Notes under the pieces: model-generated
The model's database searches: none
What the model was told of the DNA's origin: nothing
The model's input: only the letters and a program-made list of their open reading frames with translations
Program-made: the position numbers and the translations under genes
Shown here: positions 1-12,900 of the stretch, piece after piece
How the letters are laid out: the number at the start of each line of letters is the position of its first letter
How positions within the stretch are numbered: position 1 is the stretch's first letter
Assembly (NCBI GenBank): GCA_044892525.1
Contig: CM097885.1
Span: forward strand, 67,332,001 to 67,396,000
DNA from: Schmidtea polychroa
Lineage: Eukaryota
Direction of reading: 5' to 3'
DNA length: 64,000 nt

Positions 1-593
1 ACTGGATTATCTGATTCTTTACCATGCACTTTCATTCGACTTACTATATCCCAGCCCCATGATTCGTTATCGTGTCCAACAAGCGACAAATAGTGGTCTT
101 CCTGCAACTTAGCTTTGTCTGTCGCTACACCAACAACAGCGTGAGTTCCTCTCATTGTCTGAGGCCAGTTAATTTCCCAAATATGAATACCTTCTGAATA
201 ACCGCGATTACCTCTGATGGCATCTGTGGAATTAGCTATAGGACTTCTATGAAAAACAAAAGGATTTGACTGCAACAAATTTATATTGAATGATTTCTGA
301 TTTTCCGACCATGAGTTTTCCAGCCTTTCACTATTTTCAACGCTGGGTTCGTCAAACATGAAAGGTATCCAATGCGATACGAACATTTTGGTCATCTTTG
401 ATGGATACAAAGTGATCTCAGTCAACATTGACAAGCGATAAAATGAAAATTTTTTCAGCATCCACCTTTTGTAGCGTTCATTTAAAAAATCCTTTTCCGA
501 CTTTAAAACTTGCGGAGAAACATAAAATGTAAATATATGATTGTTACTCACCTCGGAAAATCTTCTGCGGATATTTTCAATAATCTTTGCCAT
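1..593 (-). CDS. SPSB: SPRY-domain SOCS-box protein (SPSB/gustavus family), 5' part; runs off the window start
   Basis: Manual minus-strand translation. Exon 593-552 (MAKIIENIRRRFSE), 51-nt GT-AG intron, then exon 500-1 open to the window edge: ...NPFVFHRSPIANSTDAIRGNRGYSEGIHIWEINWPQTMRGTHAVVGVATDKAKLQEDHYLSLVGHDNESWGWDIV. This matches the SPSB1/gus motifs FHRxPVAQSTDAIRG, RGTHAVVGVAT and ESWGWD. Absent from the ORF track, probably because no stop lies in the window. FBXO45 has a similar SPRY domain, so the paralogue is not certain. Confidence 0.85.
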   Translation of the reverse strand, partial: MAKIIENIRRRFSEVSNNHIFTFYVSPQVLKSEKDFLNERYKRWMLKKFSFYRLSMLTEITLYPSKMTKMFVSHWIPFMFDEPSVENSERLENSWSENQKSFNINLLQSNPFVFHRSPIANSTDAIRGNRGYSEGIHIWEINWPQTMRGTHAVVGVATDKAKLQEDHYLSLVGHDNESWGWDIVSRMKVHGKESDNP

Positions 594-1156
594 TTGATAA
601 TCCTATAATGAAGTCCATATTAAACAAAAATTTAAAAACTCACATTAAGAGTAACCTTTCTATAGATTCATTCAGTATGAATTGAAAAATTAAGGTAAAG
701 GCAGCCATTGATATACAAATTATTTGCATACCGAAACACCTGAAATGCTAAACTTTGTAATCGGTGGCCGACATCTCACCGATTTATAAAGATAAGATTA
801 TCAGAAATTCAAAAGATTTGATTAAAATACATTTCGAAGTTTTCATGAAAATATTTAATTTGATGAGGAATGAAGTTACAAGGTATAATTATTGCTGGTC
901 AGTGAACTGAACCCTTAAGGGTTATTTGAACTCATTCGATATAACCAGTGGAGTATGAAAAGGTTTCCGTTAAAAATCTTTGACACAAATTTGCGGAATT
1001 ACCCAAACTAAAATGTGGTAGTTTAACACTAGTCAAATAAATGTAAAACGTGATTGGAAAAATAATTTCACCATATTAGTTATCACAACGCTCGATTCAA
1101 CTTTAAATGTTATATTCGCATAAACCAGTGATGCACAAACTTTTTCGGACTGCGAC

Positions 1157-1260
1157 TAGGATTGCCATCGCAAATCTGGGTCTCGCCTGGAGACAATAAC
1201 CCGGTGCCCGGAGATAACTCACTGAGTCTCCGAGCAAAACACAGAGAAGTGGTAACCCTA
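1157..1260. mobile_element. Short hAT-type MITE
   Basis: Imperfect TIRs TAGGATTGCCA ... TGGTAACCCTA (TAGGGTTGCCA-type end). No TSD found. Confidence 0.45.
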
Positions 1261-2169
1261 GTCTCTGCACTATAATTAATAGAATATAATTTCTATCAGC
1301 CTATTAAAATCAGTAGCAATTTAATTACATGAAAAGTAACTATCAATATAACTTACCATTTATCATCAATCAACACGGAACACGGATTATCAAACTAGTC
1401 TAGACCCTCTGAAAAGACTGACTGAAAAGACACAAAAAAAGATTCTTTATCAACGTCACCAATTTTAAAATTCAAAATAGCATTCGAAAATTTCTATTCA
1501 AATTTAAAACCTTCATTCAACGTTATATAACTTAAAAACTAAGTTATCACATTCTATTTCAAAACTACTTAATCACTCATATTAATATTTAAGATATTAA
1601 AGACTGTCATGTAATCATGATTGTGAAACATGAGACTTGGAATAAGTCGAAACCACAACGAAATAGTAGAAATATTAACTTAAAATACTAAATTAAAAGT
1701 GTACAACAATCGAGTTTTCTCAAAATTATATCATCATTTTGGTGCCCCCATGCTCCTGCTGTTCTTCCACGCCCACGAGGATCACCCTATTCACCAGCTT
1801 CTGAAAACATGGATTAAGTTTTTATTTACCATTTTTTATTTACAATTCCGATTAAATTGTCCTAAACTGGAAATCTATGCTAGAAAAACATTGGCATAAA
1901 AAATGAAATAAGTGTGAAAGGATAAGACCACCAGAAAGTGTTACCATAATAGTCTGTGTAAACTGTGAGGGTAAATAGATTCTCAAAATTATTAATTTGA
2001 AATTCTGAAATTCCAAAAGCGTTAGCATAATTTGACAAAGAAAAATGACCTGTTAATTACACTAATCAAAAAAGGCCTGGGTGGAAGTGGACATTTTTTG
2101 AAGTGGTTTATGATACTTCTATATTAAATGTATTAGTATATAATACATCTAATAACCTTCTGTTTTTAA

Positions 2170-4167
2170 AGCACTTCGTCTTTTGGAAAATGCTCCATCT
2201 CACTCACCAAAAGACATTTTAAAGATTTTAGACAATCTTTATTCTATGTCGACAGCACTCCTGACATTTCTCATATAGATCAGACGAGCCAAGTTTTGCG
2301 TTATGTATTGATTGATGGAGATAAAGTAAAGATAATGGAATCATTTGTTGATTTTATTGAAACAAAAAGTAAAACCGCCGAGAGCATTTCGATAATGATT
2401 TTGAAGAAATTAGAAAATGACGGACTTGATACTCAAAATTGTAGAGGACAAGCTTATGACAATGCTGCTGTGATGGCTGGAAAATGTACTGGTGTTCAAA
2501 AACGAATAAAACAAATTAATAGAAAAGCAGAGTTTGTTGCATGTACCAATCATACCCTGAATTTGTCCGGTCTACACGCAGCTTCAGTGGCCATCGATTC
2601 GGTAACTTTTTTTGGAGTTTTGGATCGCCTTTACGTATTTTTTTCTTCCTCTACTCATCGATGGGACATTCTGACATCGGCGACTTCTCAAAGTCTCAAA
2701 TGCGTAGTAGAAAGTCGATGGAGTGCAAGGGCTAAAGCTGTGAGTGTCTTAAAAAATAATTTCTCAAACATTTTAATTTCTTTGGAAGATTTGACTAGCG
2801 AAGAAGAAAACACATGCACCAGATCAGAAACTGGCGTACTACTTGGTGCATTGCAATCATTTTCATTTTTGTGTTTCCTCGGTCTATGGAAATTAATGAA
2901 ACACAGAATTAACTCCAAACTAAAGGGATAAATATACAAAATTGTGAAATAAAACTTAAGGCTTTAAAGTCATTTTTAATAGATAATAGGAATAAGCTAG
3001 TGGAAAATTCAATAATATATGCCAAGGAAATTTGTGCTGATTTAGGAATAATCATGGAGCGTCAGTGCAAAAAGAAAAAAGTATGTTTGATGAAGTATCC
3101 AATGATGCTGAATTGCAGTATGAAACTGAATTGCGAAGAGAAATGTATTCTTCTCTAGACAGGGTTAATCAAGAAATAAATACGAGATTTCAACAGATTC
3201 ATGTTCTTGCTGAAAAATATGGATTTCTTGCCTCATCTAATCTTTTAAACGAAGATTATAATTGTCAGATAAGTGATGATCATGACGATATTAATAAGGA
3301 AGAATTCTTTATTGAAAGAAAAAGATTAATAAGTTTCGTCGCTGCCGCAGCTATGCGAGACGAAACAGACATATTGAAAGAAAGCCCTTTTGAGCTTTTA
3401 CAGTTCATTCAAAAATATAATCTTGGAAATTCCGTACTCAATATTGTCATTTTATGACGAATTCTCCAGACAATTGCTGTAAGTGTGGCTAGCTGTGAGA
3501 GAAGTTTTTCAAAATTAAAATTAATTAAGAATTACTTAAGATCTTCTATGCACAGTTTACGATTGAGAAATCTTGCCATATTATCAATAGAACATCAATT
3601 AACGGAGGAAGCAGACTTCGATGATGTTATTGATGACTTTGAAGAGTAATTATGTAGATTGTAGAATATAGTTCTAAGCCAATTAAAAAGTATCAGTTGA
3701 TGATTGTTATATTATATTGTGTTTATTGTTATATTACATTAGTGTCCTTTTTTATTTTAATACCAATTTATATAAACAACTTTTGTATACAATATTTTTA
3801 GTTGTTGGCTAATTTTATAATTAATTAATTTTGTGTTTTTACTCTGTAATGATATGTTAATTTTGTCTTGTTTTATACTATTTGATATATTGCATTCTAT
3901 TGTATTATTTAAAAATTAAATATAATGATAATTTGACAATGCTTAATTTATTATATGTTTTAATGTATTATAAAACACTTTGTTTAAATAAGAAAAAAAT
4001 ATTTCATACAATAATAAATAGTATGTATATGTGAAGGGTATGTAGCGTATTTGGAAAGGGAGGCAAAATGGGCCTTCTGTTTTGGAAAGTTTTTATTTTA
4101 AAAATGTACAGGGGGGCGGCAATTTTAAGGATCGCCCCGGGTGGCACATACCCTAGCTACGCCACTG
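2170..4167 (+). mobile_element. 5'-truncated hAT transposon with a fragmented ZMYM1/DUF4371-type transposase
   Basis: ORFs 2296-2931 (CRGQAYDNAAVMAG, CTNHTLNL, SRWS) and 3065-3457, plus a hATC dimerisation motif (VSVASCERSFSKLKLIKNYLRSSM) at ~3475-3550. 3' terminus CTACGCCACTG (complement of a CAGTGGCGTAG hAT TIR) ends at 4167. The left boundary is approximate. Confidence 0.85.
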
Positions 4168-5236
4168 TTTGTACTTGCCAATAATTTTCATAGATTGTGA
4201 TAGAAAATTACAATAATCAAATTTGGTAAATTGTAGTATCAATAATAAATCAATAATAATGCCGAAGCTCAGAAATTTGATGTAGTCGGTTTCACATGAA
4301 AATTCAATAAAAACAATAAAAACATCGATAAATATATGAAAATTCTACAAAATCGTAAAACATTTATCAATATTTGTTGACAAAATCAAAAAGCAGTTAA
4401 AACTTGTTTTGTGTTAGCAGAAAGGTCAAATCACACTCGCCATTATTATTATTATAATTTGGCCATCATTCAGAAATATTTGCATGACTCAAATAGTACT
4501 TAGCAGCATCCTTACAAGAAACACTGACAAGAAAATCACCAAATTCTTTATAGGTTTCTAGAAGCCGCCCGCCTGCAAATTGAAAAATAGATATTTAATC
4601 GTAAGAATAATTGTGCTAGAAATTGGGGCGTTTACAATAAAAAAATCAAGAACACATTTTGATATAATTTTTACTACACTAAAATTTCCTTTCATAAGAC
4701 TAAAAATAAAAGCGTAACTGTTTGTTTTTAATTAAATTGTCTAATGTTATTTTCGGTAATCAAAAATTAAATAACAGTAAAAATGGGGAATGATTATTGG
4801 AAATGCAATGTCATTAGTGATGTAGCACCACGTCCTCTTTGTCAGATTATACTTTGTATCAGTATACATCACTTGTAATATACTCGGTTTCGTTTGATAT
4901 CATTGTTGTAATCCGCGTTGGAGTGACCCTAACCCGTATTTATAAGTTTAAGGATATATTTTAGTGTAATTCAATTTATGTAAAAATTTACATAATTTTT
5001 TCGTAATTATTGACTTTTTAATAAAAATTATGGAGGTAAAAAAGTTATTTATATATATTTGTTAGGTATGATCTTTATTTGAAAATATGAATTAAGTAAT
5101 TCTATTATTTATTAATAATTGAAATATTTTATTTATAGATTTACTAGCTGAAAACACCCCAAAACAATTTTGCGGATCCATTGTTATTTCAAAAAGCCAG
5201 CGGCAATTTTACCCTATCCTAACCCTAGCATCGTAG

Positions 5237-5694
5237 CACGTTAAAACGTCGAAAAAAGTTTATTAATATAGTATATAGTATATTAAAAAAAACTTTTCGT
5301 CTTAGTTTTAAATTTAAATTTTGAATATCATTAATGGAAGTTATTAAATCAAACAAAGGTAAAAACATGCTTTCATACGAAGGCTTCATATTAGATATAT
5401 TGGAATAAGATATAAGATATATTGGAAATGTCAGAATTCAGATTGCAAAGCAACTGCAATAACATCAATCAATTTTCAGAATTAAAGCCAATTCTATAAA
5501 TAATTTTAATTCAATAAATGAATTAATATCGAATGAAATCGGAAATAGTTCTAGGGCCATTGTCGCATATACTGAATCAGCAGACAGCCTAACTCAAATG
5601 GTACAGTATAATAAAGAAAGGAGCAATAATAACTCGAATGTTACTATTCAAGAATTTTGATTGGTCGACTTTTTTTTCTCGATGTTTTAACGTG
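5237..5694 (+). mobile_element. Mutator-like (FLYWCH) transposon relic
   Basis: Frameshifted reading from ATG 5334: MEVIKSNKGKNMLSYEGFI...IYWKCQNSDCKATAIT, a FLYWCH zinc-finger pattern. Flanked by inverted repeats CACGTTAAAACGTCGAAAAAAG and CTTTTTTTTTCTCGATGTTTTAACGTG. Confidence 0.55.
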
Positions 5695-7901
5695 GTACTC
5701 CTAGTATAGAGCTAGTATAGAAATCATACTACTCGTAATAGTAGTAGCTGTTGCTGTCGTGGTTTTGTATTTTAGTATTGGTCGTAGTGGATCCTCACAT
5801 TGGATGGCTTGTACTGTAGTGTGAGTAGTAGCCGATGGGTTGGGATTGGGTAGCCCTAGAAAAGTTACCATTTGTTTACGCGCGTGTGGTCATTATGAAG
5901 AAATAGTAACTAATAACCATGGTCAGTATGTTGGGTCATCGATTGGTCAGTACGTTACAAGTGATCACTATAGGGAGGCTGTAATTGCCACATGTGTACG
6001 AATGTTTGTGGGTAGCAACAGTTTGTGACGGGGTCAATTATTATGCAATCCCAGTACCCCTCTCCTTCCTTATTTTGTATCTGACGGGCTCACATGCTAC
6101 TAACCCAATCTAGCTCAAATATATTTCTTACAATTCAGTGGTGAATTTAATGAAAAAACATCGGTTTACTTGAATAAAACAAATCCTGTATATTATGAAG
6201 GTTTCTCAGGACTCGATATAAGTATGCCAAATTTCAAGTTTCTAGCATTTGTAATTTTATCAGAATTGAAGTGTGACCCATACTCATACAAAACAATTCC
6301 CCAAACTTAATCGCCAAATATTTCCATCGTCAACGATTTCCAAATAATTCTTTTAAGATGGCGGTAATAAAACTTCGAATTTTTATTTCTCAATTTATTC
6401 ATTTAAAATTTTTACTCTATCCTTGAAAAAGGTACTAGGAGTTCAAAGTACCGCGATTTTTTATTAGGGTAATTTAGTGGTGAGAGAAAATTAGAATTCT
6501 ATACACCGCGTTGCATTTAATTTATTTCTTTATCTAGTAATGCAAATTTGGATGCAGTAATTATCTTTTTAGTTTTTATATTTTTTTGAAGCTTATCGTA
6601 GAATTTTACAAAATTTGACAAATTTTACCGAAAAATTTACAATGTGCGTTGGCAGTATTTATATACAAAGAAAAATGAGTAATCATCGCGTACAATTTAA
6701 TATAATTAAATTCTGGAAATTTTACATTTTAAACTATTCTCCAATTATATCTACGTGGATTTTAATGGAAAAATTAATTCAAAAAAGTGTAAATTAAATC
6801 GAATTGTTAAAATTAATAAATAAATAGTTTCAAAAATTAAAATTTATTAAGGCAATAATTTCCCTTTAAGCAAAGATTTAAGAATTTTTTAATATAGTGA
6901 AAATGACTTTCGACCAATAATTAAGCAACAACTACTCATAATAAACAATTATATCTCACGAATTTCTTTCTTCCTTTTCCTAAAATGAAAACATTCTTAG
7001 AGAATATTTTCCAAGTTCATTTTATTTTCTATTATAGAAATTATCTATGCCGAGTTTGTATGTTTCATAAATTTTTCCTACCATATTTTGAAATCCATAA
7101 TAAATTGATGCAACCGCTAATGAATTTTTAACAGACATGAATTTGTATGCTTCTTATAATATAATTTATTGACTCTTCTCATAATATAGACAGTATTTAT
7201 ATATTGCAACGCAGTGTAATCTGCAAAATATTTGATATGCATATCTTAAGTACATTCTGTTCATTCTGTAAGTAAATTGTGTTGTGTGAGAAATTCTGTA
7301 GAATTATTTTTTAAAATTTATTGAAAATTAAATTAATCTCTCAGTGTAAAATTATTAAAAATTCAATTATAATTTTAAATATTTATGAATGTATGTTGGA
7401 TAAATACGGTAAATTATAAAATTAAATAAGTAATTTAATTTTAAAGCTATGTGAAAATTCAATATTTGTATGTTTCACAGTTCCGAAATTAAAAGTCCGA
7501 GAAATATATTAAATATTTTATTATAAATTACTTGGAATTTGTCTTAATACTAAAATTTAAATATGAATGAAGAGCAAATTAAGTTTAACTATTGGTAATG
7601 AAAGAGAATAATTAACTGTGATAAAGAATTCATTCATACTAAATTACAGAACTTTTGAGATTATTGAAATCTACAATGATCTATAAGTTATAATAAAATA
7701 ACTAATGGATGATATATTTAATGTAAATGCCCGTGTAATGCACGAGCTTTTCTTACTAAAAATTTTGCACACATTCATGTAGAACATGTACAAGACCAAA
7801 TATTTATATAGATACCTACCTCCATTCTACGCCCAGTGGCATAACTAGTACTCGTGTTGCAATACCTTTTCGAAAAACATACGATAATATAATAAACAGA
7901 A

Positions 7902-9296
7902 CATGGGCGTCCGCAGGAATTTTCCAGGGGGGGGGGCAAAAAAATAGAGAACTTCTACATATTAATGTAATACTTAAACATACAACAATTAGTATCGTTT
8001 AAATTCTTGTTATGCTCAATTACGAAAAAAAATTGTTACTATATATAATCAGATTAATAATAGTATATTGATGATTTCAATTAAAGTCATTTTTATCGTT
8101 GAAACATTAATGTGATTTTAGGTTAATAAACAGAATCAAAAAACGTAAAAAAAGTTCTTTTCTGTATATTTTCCATATATATTTATTCAATTATAAAAAC
8201 AAATTACAGACTTATTCATAAATTACTTTTTGAAAAGAAACTGCAAACGTCTGTGATCTTGACCAAATTTGTCCATTATTTTTCGCTTTTTTTACTGTCA
8301 TTGATTCTGTCACGATGAACACTCATCATGCAAAGTCCAGAAAGTCTATTTTCACACAGTGTGCTAAATGATCTTTCAACATTGCAAGTCGACACTGGCA
8401 ATGTTAAAGCAATAATAACTGCTTTCTTAATAGCTGGAAAAAGGTCCATCATTTAATCGCGACTTTTGATTTCAAAATCCGACTTTTATTTGACCACATC
8501 TCAAACCAAGTGCTTGCCTCAGCGTCAAAGTTTTCAATTTGATACTCCATTATGATGTTTTCTGTGTGAGTTTTGAATTCATCTTTTGAAAGTTTCAACA
8601 TTTCCGTTGGGTGAAGTGAAAATAGACTAAAATTGATTTTGTTATTGTCATTGAATCTGCTCTCCAACGATGAAATGATTGAATCTAAGTATGGTATAAA
8701 GACAGATCTTCGAAAGTATTCTTCAACAGTTGAAAATGATGACTCTTACATTGTCTGCGAATTGTTAACTGGATGTTTAATTGTGCTTCCAATTTCTCAC
8801 TTTGAGAAATAATGGTCTTAAATAACTCGTCGGCATTTTGTTTGTGCTGCATTTAGCTCTATTCTCTTTTATCAAAACTCACAAACCTTTCATCTTTTTT
8901 TTTCTCAAGTAAAATAATATTGTTCGACAAACACTTCAAAAAATGCAAAAAAAATGAAAAAAAATATTGATCTATAGTCGAAAATGAAGATACATCATTT
9001 GAATTAAAAAATAATCAATCAGTAAATAGAGGATTTATTATTAATTATTAAGCTTTACAATTTGTCAATAAGTTCCTTTATTATTTTCACTATTAATCAA
9101 TTTATTTATAAATCAATATTTGAGTAAAATAAATAAAAAACAGTGTTTAACATTAAAAACAAACAGAAAGCCTCTTTAATAAATTTCTTTATTAATTTTT
9201 GTCTTCGCTTTTTCCAACATTGATTGAGTGCATCTATTATTGTGTTTAAATTAATCGAAAAATAGAATGGTTTGGGAAATCCAGCGGACGCCCATG
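7902..9296 (-). mobile_element. Internally deleted hAT element
   Basis: TIRs CATGGGCGTCCGC ... GCGGACGCCCATG. TSD AAACAGAA/ATACAGAA (7/8). Minus-strand remnant includes ORF 8449-8667 and LPVSTCNVERSFSTL...ENRLSGLCMMSVHR (hATC domain). Confidence 0.85.
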
Positions 9297-9963
9297 ATAC
9301 AGAATATACTCGTAATAAGGATATAATACAAATAAAATGCAGTACCTACCTTAAAATACTATAATATATTACGAATAGTCACTACCTAACTACGCTTCTG
9401 GAAAATACTCTACTGTTTTTCAAGATAAATAGGGATACAGGGCCAGGTTAGGTTTTAAATTTTACTGCATTTAGACTGGATTCGTTCTGAAATATGCGGA
9501 TTCCACGAATAATCATTTCGATATTATTTGAAAATTATTGCTGAATTTTAAATAAGCAACATCTTTGAACTCCAGAACGTCAGGAATTACAATGAGTCTT
9601 TCTGTTGCATTTTCTATACTTCTCATTTAAAAAATAAAGATATATCATTAACTATCTTAGAAAAATAAAGTGTTCAGAAAGAAAGAAGAACGTTTTGTAT
9701 ATGGAGATATTTGATTGGAGATATTTGATTGATTTACTGCAAACTTTATAAACTTCAGTGATAACAAGAAATAATTATTCTTCAGATGCATTTAAGTTGC
9801 AAAAAAATATATAATATTTAGTTATTATATGTTATCATTCTGGAGATTTTATTCAATTTTACAACAGATAAAATAATTAATCAAATATTCTGTTTTACTG
9901 ATAATTACTGTCTGTTTGTGGCCCTTGATATTAAAAATGATGAAAACCCCCAATTTGATTGTT

Positions 9964-12900
9964 TCATGACATCCCAATTAAAACAATTGTATTCAATTTA
10001 ATAATATTGTTCACGAACTTACTCAATTCAGCAGTGAGTTCAATGGCTTCCGCTTGGCAGAATTCAATAAATCTAGTCGCCAACTGATACTGATGACCAG
10101 AAACTAATAAATCTATAACTTTATTGACTTCCTTAAGCGAGAGCAATTGCAAAAGAGTGCTACACTAAATGAGTAATAAAAATTATTGCCCGGAATTTAT
10201 ATGACAAGCTTTACAACTTTATAAGACTACCATTACTGAATTCAAAATGAGAAAATAAAATAAATTGGTAAATCAAAAATAGCATTAAAATGTATGAATG
10301 TTAGTTTTCTCTATATATTTTTCATAATTAATTCATAAACCGTATTTTAACGACAATACCGCACGTCGTATGTAAGATTTTACCTATCACGCATCATCAA
10401 TTTCGGATCAAATTTGTGGCTTGTATGCAGTAGCGGATTAAGGGGGCTGATCGGGCTAAATCCAGGGGCCCCAAAAATTTAAAAATAAAATTAGAGTAGC
10501 ATATTATGCTTTTACAAAAAATTAAAGCTTAAAACTTCTACTATGTTGATTACTGTGTTATTACAGTAGGTGTTAAAAACGATGGACTTTCGGAATAAAC
10601 TTGAACTGGAAGTCGCTATTTTACTTGAAATTTGAGACACAATTTTAGAAAGATTTCAGAAAACGAATTTGTCCCTTCAAGAGCAAGGACTTTGAATTCA
10701 ACCATCCATTTGTTGAAATTTCTCCTTGAGTTTGTTAAAAGACAGCGTTCTGAATTTGATTCTAATGAAGAAAAAGGAAAGCAGAAGTCTGTGGAGAAAG
10801 AGTATAAACAATCTTATATACGATCACAAAAGAGAAAGTGTTAGTTTGATGAAGGGCCATCAGCTGAAACAGTATTTTCACCGAGACAAAAATTCAAGAT
10901 TGAGGTATTTTTGGTAATAATTGACAAACTCTCTTCAGCTCTCCAACATCGGTTGGACGCATATGAAGACATCCATGAGAACTTTGGCTTTCTTACAAAC
11001 CTAACTGAGCTCAGCAATGACGCCATCCGAAGGGCAGCAGCCAAGTTAATGGAAAAATATTCAAGTGATTTCGAAGACTGCTTTCCTTCAGAGTTAGTTC
11101 AATTTTCCGAGCTCTTCAAGACAGTTATTGTCCAGCCCCAGGACCAGGCTCAAGGACAGAAAGAAGCACAATGCGAACCTCAAAATACACGTACAGAGCT
11201 AAAGATGTTGCTGTTTTTGAATGAGCTAAATTTTACACAGTCCTTCCCGAATGTTCACATCGCACTTCGCATCTATCTCTCAATGATGACATCAAACTGC
11301 AGCGAGAAAGATCATTTTCAAAGTTGAAAAGAATAAATAATGAAGTTAGAAGTTGCATGGGATAACAAAGGCTGAGTCTGCTCTCTCTAATGAGCATCAA
11401 AAGTGAAATTGTAAGCCCACTTAGTTTTACTAACATAATTGATAACTTCGCCATGAGAAAAGTTCGCAAGCGTAGGTTCTAGGTTGAAATATATAGTCTA
11501 ATAATAAATATTTTAATGAAGTGTGAATTCATTTAACTTTATATAAATTAAATTTACTTCTATTTAATTTTTTTTAACTCTGCCTTACAGTCATTTTAGC
11601 ACTTACAAGTTAGCAATCATTTTATATTGACGCTGGACTGGACCGGGCCCCAGTTTAAATTGCAGCCAAGGGCCCCGTGCAAGCTTAATCCGCCCCTGCT
11701 TGTATGTTTGTATAAAGTATCTATTCAGATCATCGAATTCGACTACTTTTACACTATGAATAGCAGCACATGGTTTAAAAGGGCTTGTGTGGTGTACACG
11801 CCTGTGCAATATTGTCGTGAATATATGGAAAATCTTTATTAACCCAAAAAACAACGAACATGAAAAAATATGATCGTATTAAATCTAACGATATCGAGGA
11901 TAATTCAGCAGATCAGTGGATATTTCAAATTAATTTCCAAGATCTTCAACCTGGTGGCTTAGAAGAGGCAAATTGATATAACCGATAAGAGATTTATGGT
12001 ATGTGTTTCATATCCCACAAAAAAAGCTCATTATAATTGCTTTAATCCAACTCCTGACTGGTGAGGCAACTTTCAACTTCGAGTTTTCTTACATAGAATT
12101 AAGGAAGGAAGTGTGCTATAACATTTAAATAGCATAAATCTGGACAACAAAAAAACATCGAATTTTTTCTAAAGCCTAAACAAGAAGAACTATATGAAAT
12201 AATAGTATCATTGGTACAAAAAATGTCAAAATATCAGAAAATAATCAAATGGCGTCAATCGTAAAGGAAATTGAATAAGGTTTAATTAGTGAATATGGTT
12301 AGCCCAAAATACCACCAATACAATAATGCAAATTGTCAGTAGAAAACAATTTTTCGTGAAAACTATTCCAAATAAACAATTTTGGATAGAACATTTGAAT
12401 ATTTTTATTTAAGTATCTTTGTTTTAGAAAATTTTTCTTAATTTTTCTGAATTTAAATTTTCAAGAACTCCAAGTCTCATATTAGAAGGTTTCAAATAAC
12501 TCAAAACACATTAATAGTACTATCAAAGGGTATTTTGTATTACATGTTTTATAGTTTTGCTGATATATAAACTTGAATTTATAAACAATAATATGTACAT
12601 AGTAAAATCTTTTTAATTGCAGTAAAATTATAATTTTTCTAACTCCAACGTTTGACAGTGTCATACATAAAATACTAAAGAAATACAGGTTCTGATAAAG
12701 TTAATTTATTCAAATACTTTATTATTATTTCCAGTATAATTTCCCAGAATCAAGCCTCTCACTTTTCTCGCAACACAGAAAATTGAAAGTTCTATTGCAT
12801 AGCCAATTTCACCAAAGTTAAAAAAATTTTTTTTGTCATAACTTTTAATGCTTCCATTACAATAATTCTGAAATTGGCTGATGCTTCATAATCAGTAGAT

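Noticed and set aside
1699-1899. ORF 1699-1899 and an alternative frame ending PRPRGSPYSPASENMD*
   Set aside because: No recognisable homology and no supporting upstream exons.
4925-5230. CCCTAACCC motifs as interstitial telomere repeats
   Set aside because: Only isolated one- or two-unit occurrences, next to the Mutator-like termini.
9330-9630. Weak CFAP47/ASH-domain-like reading (LIVIPDVLEFKDV...VEYFP) on the minus strand
   Set aside because: Multiple in-frame stops, no consistent splice pattern, and the similarity is too short.
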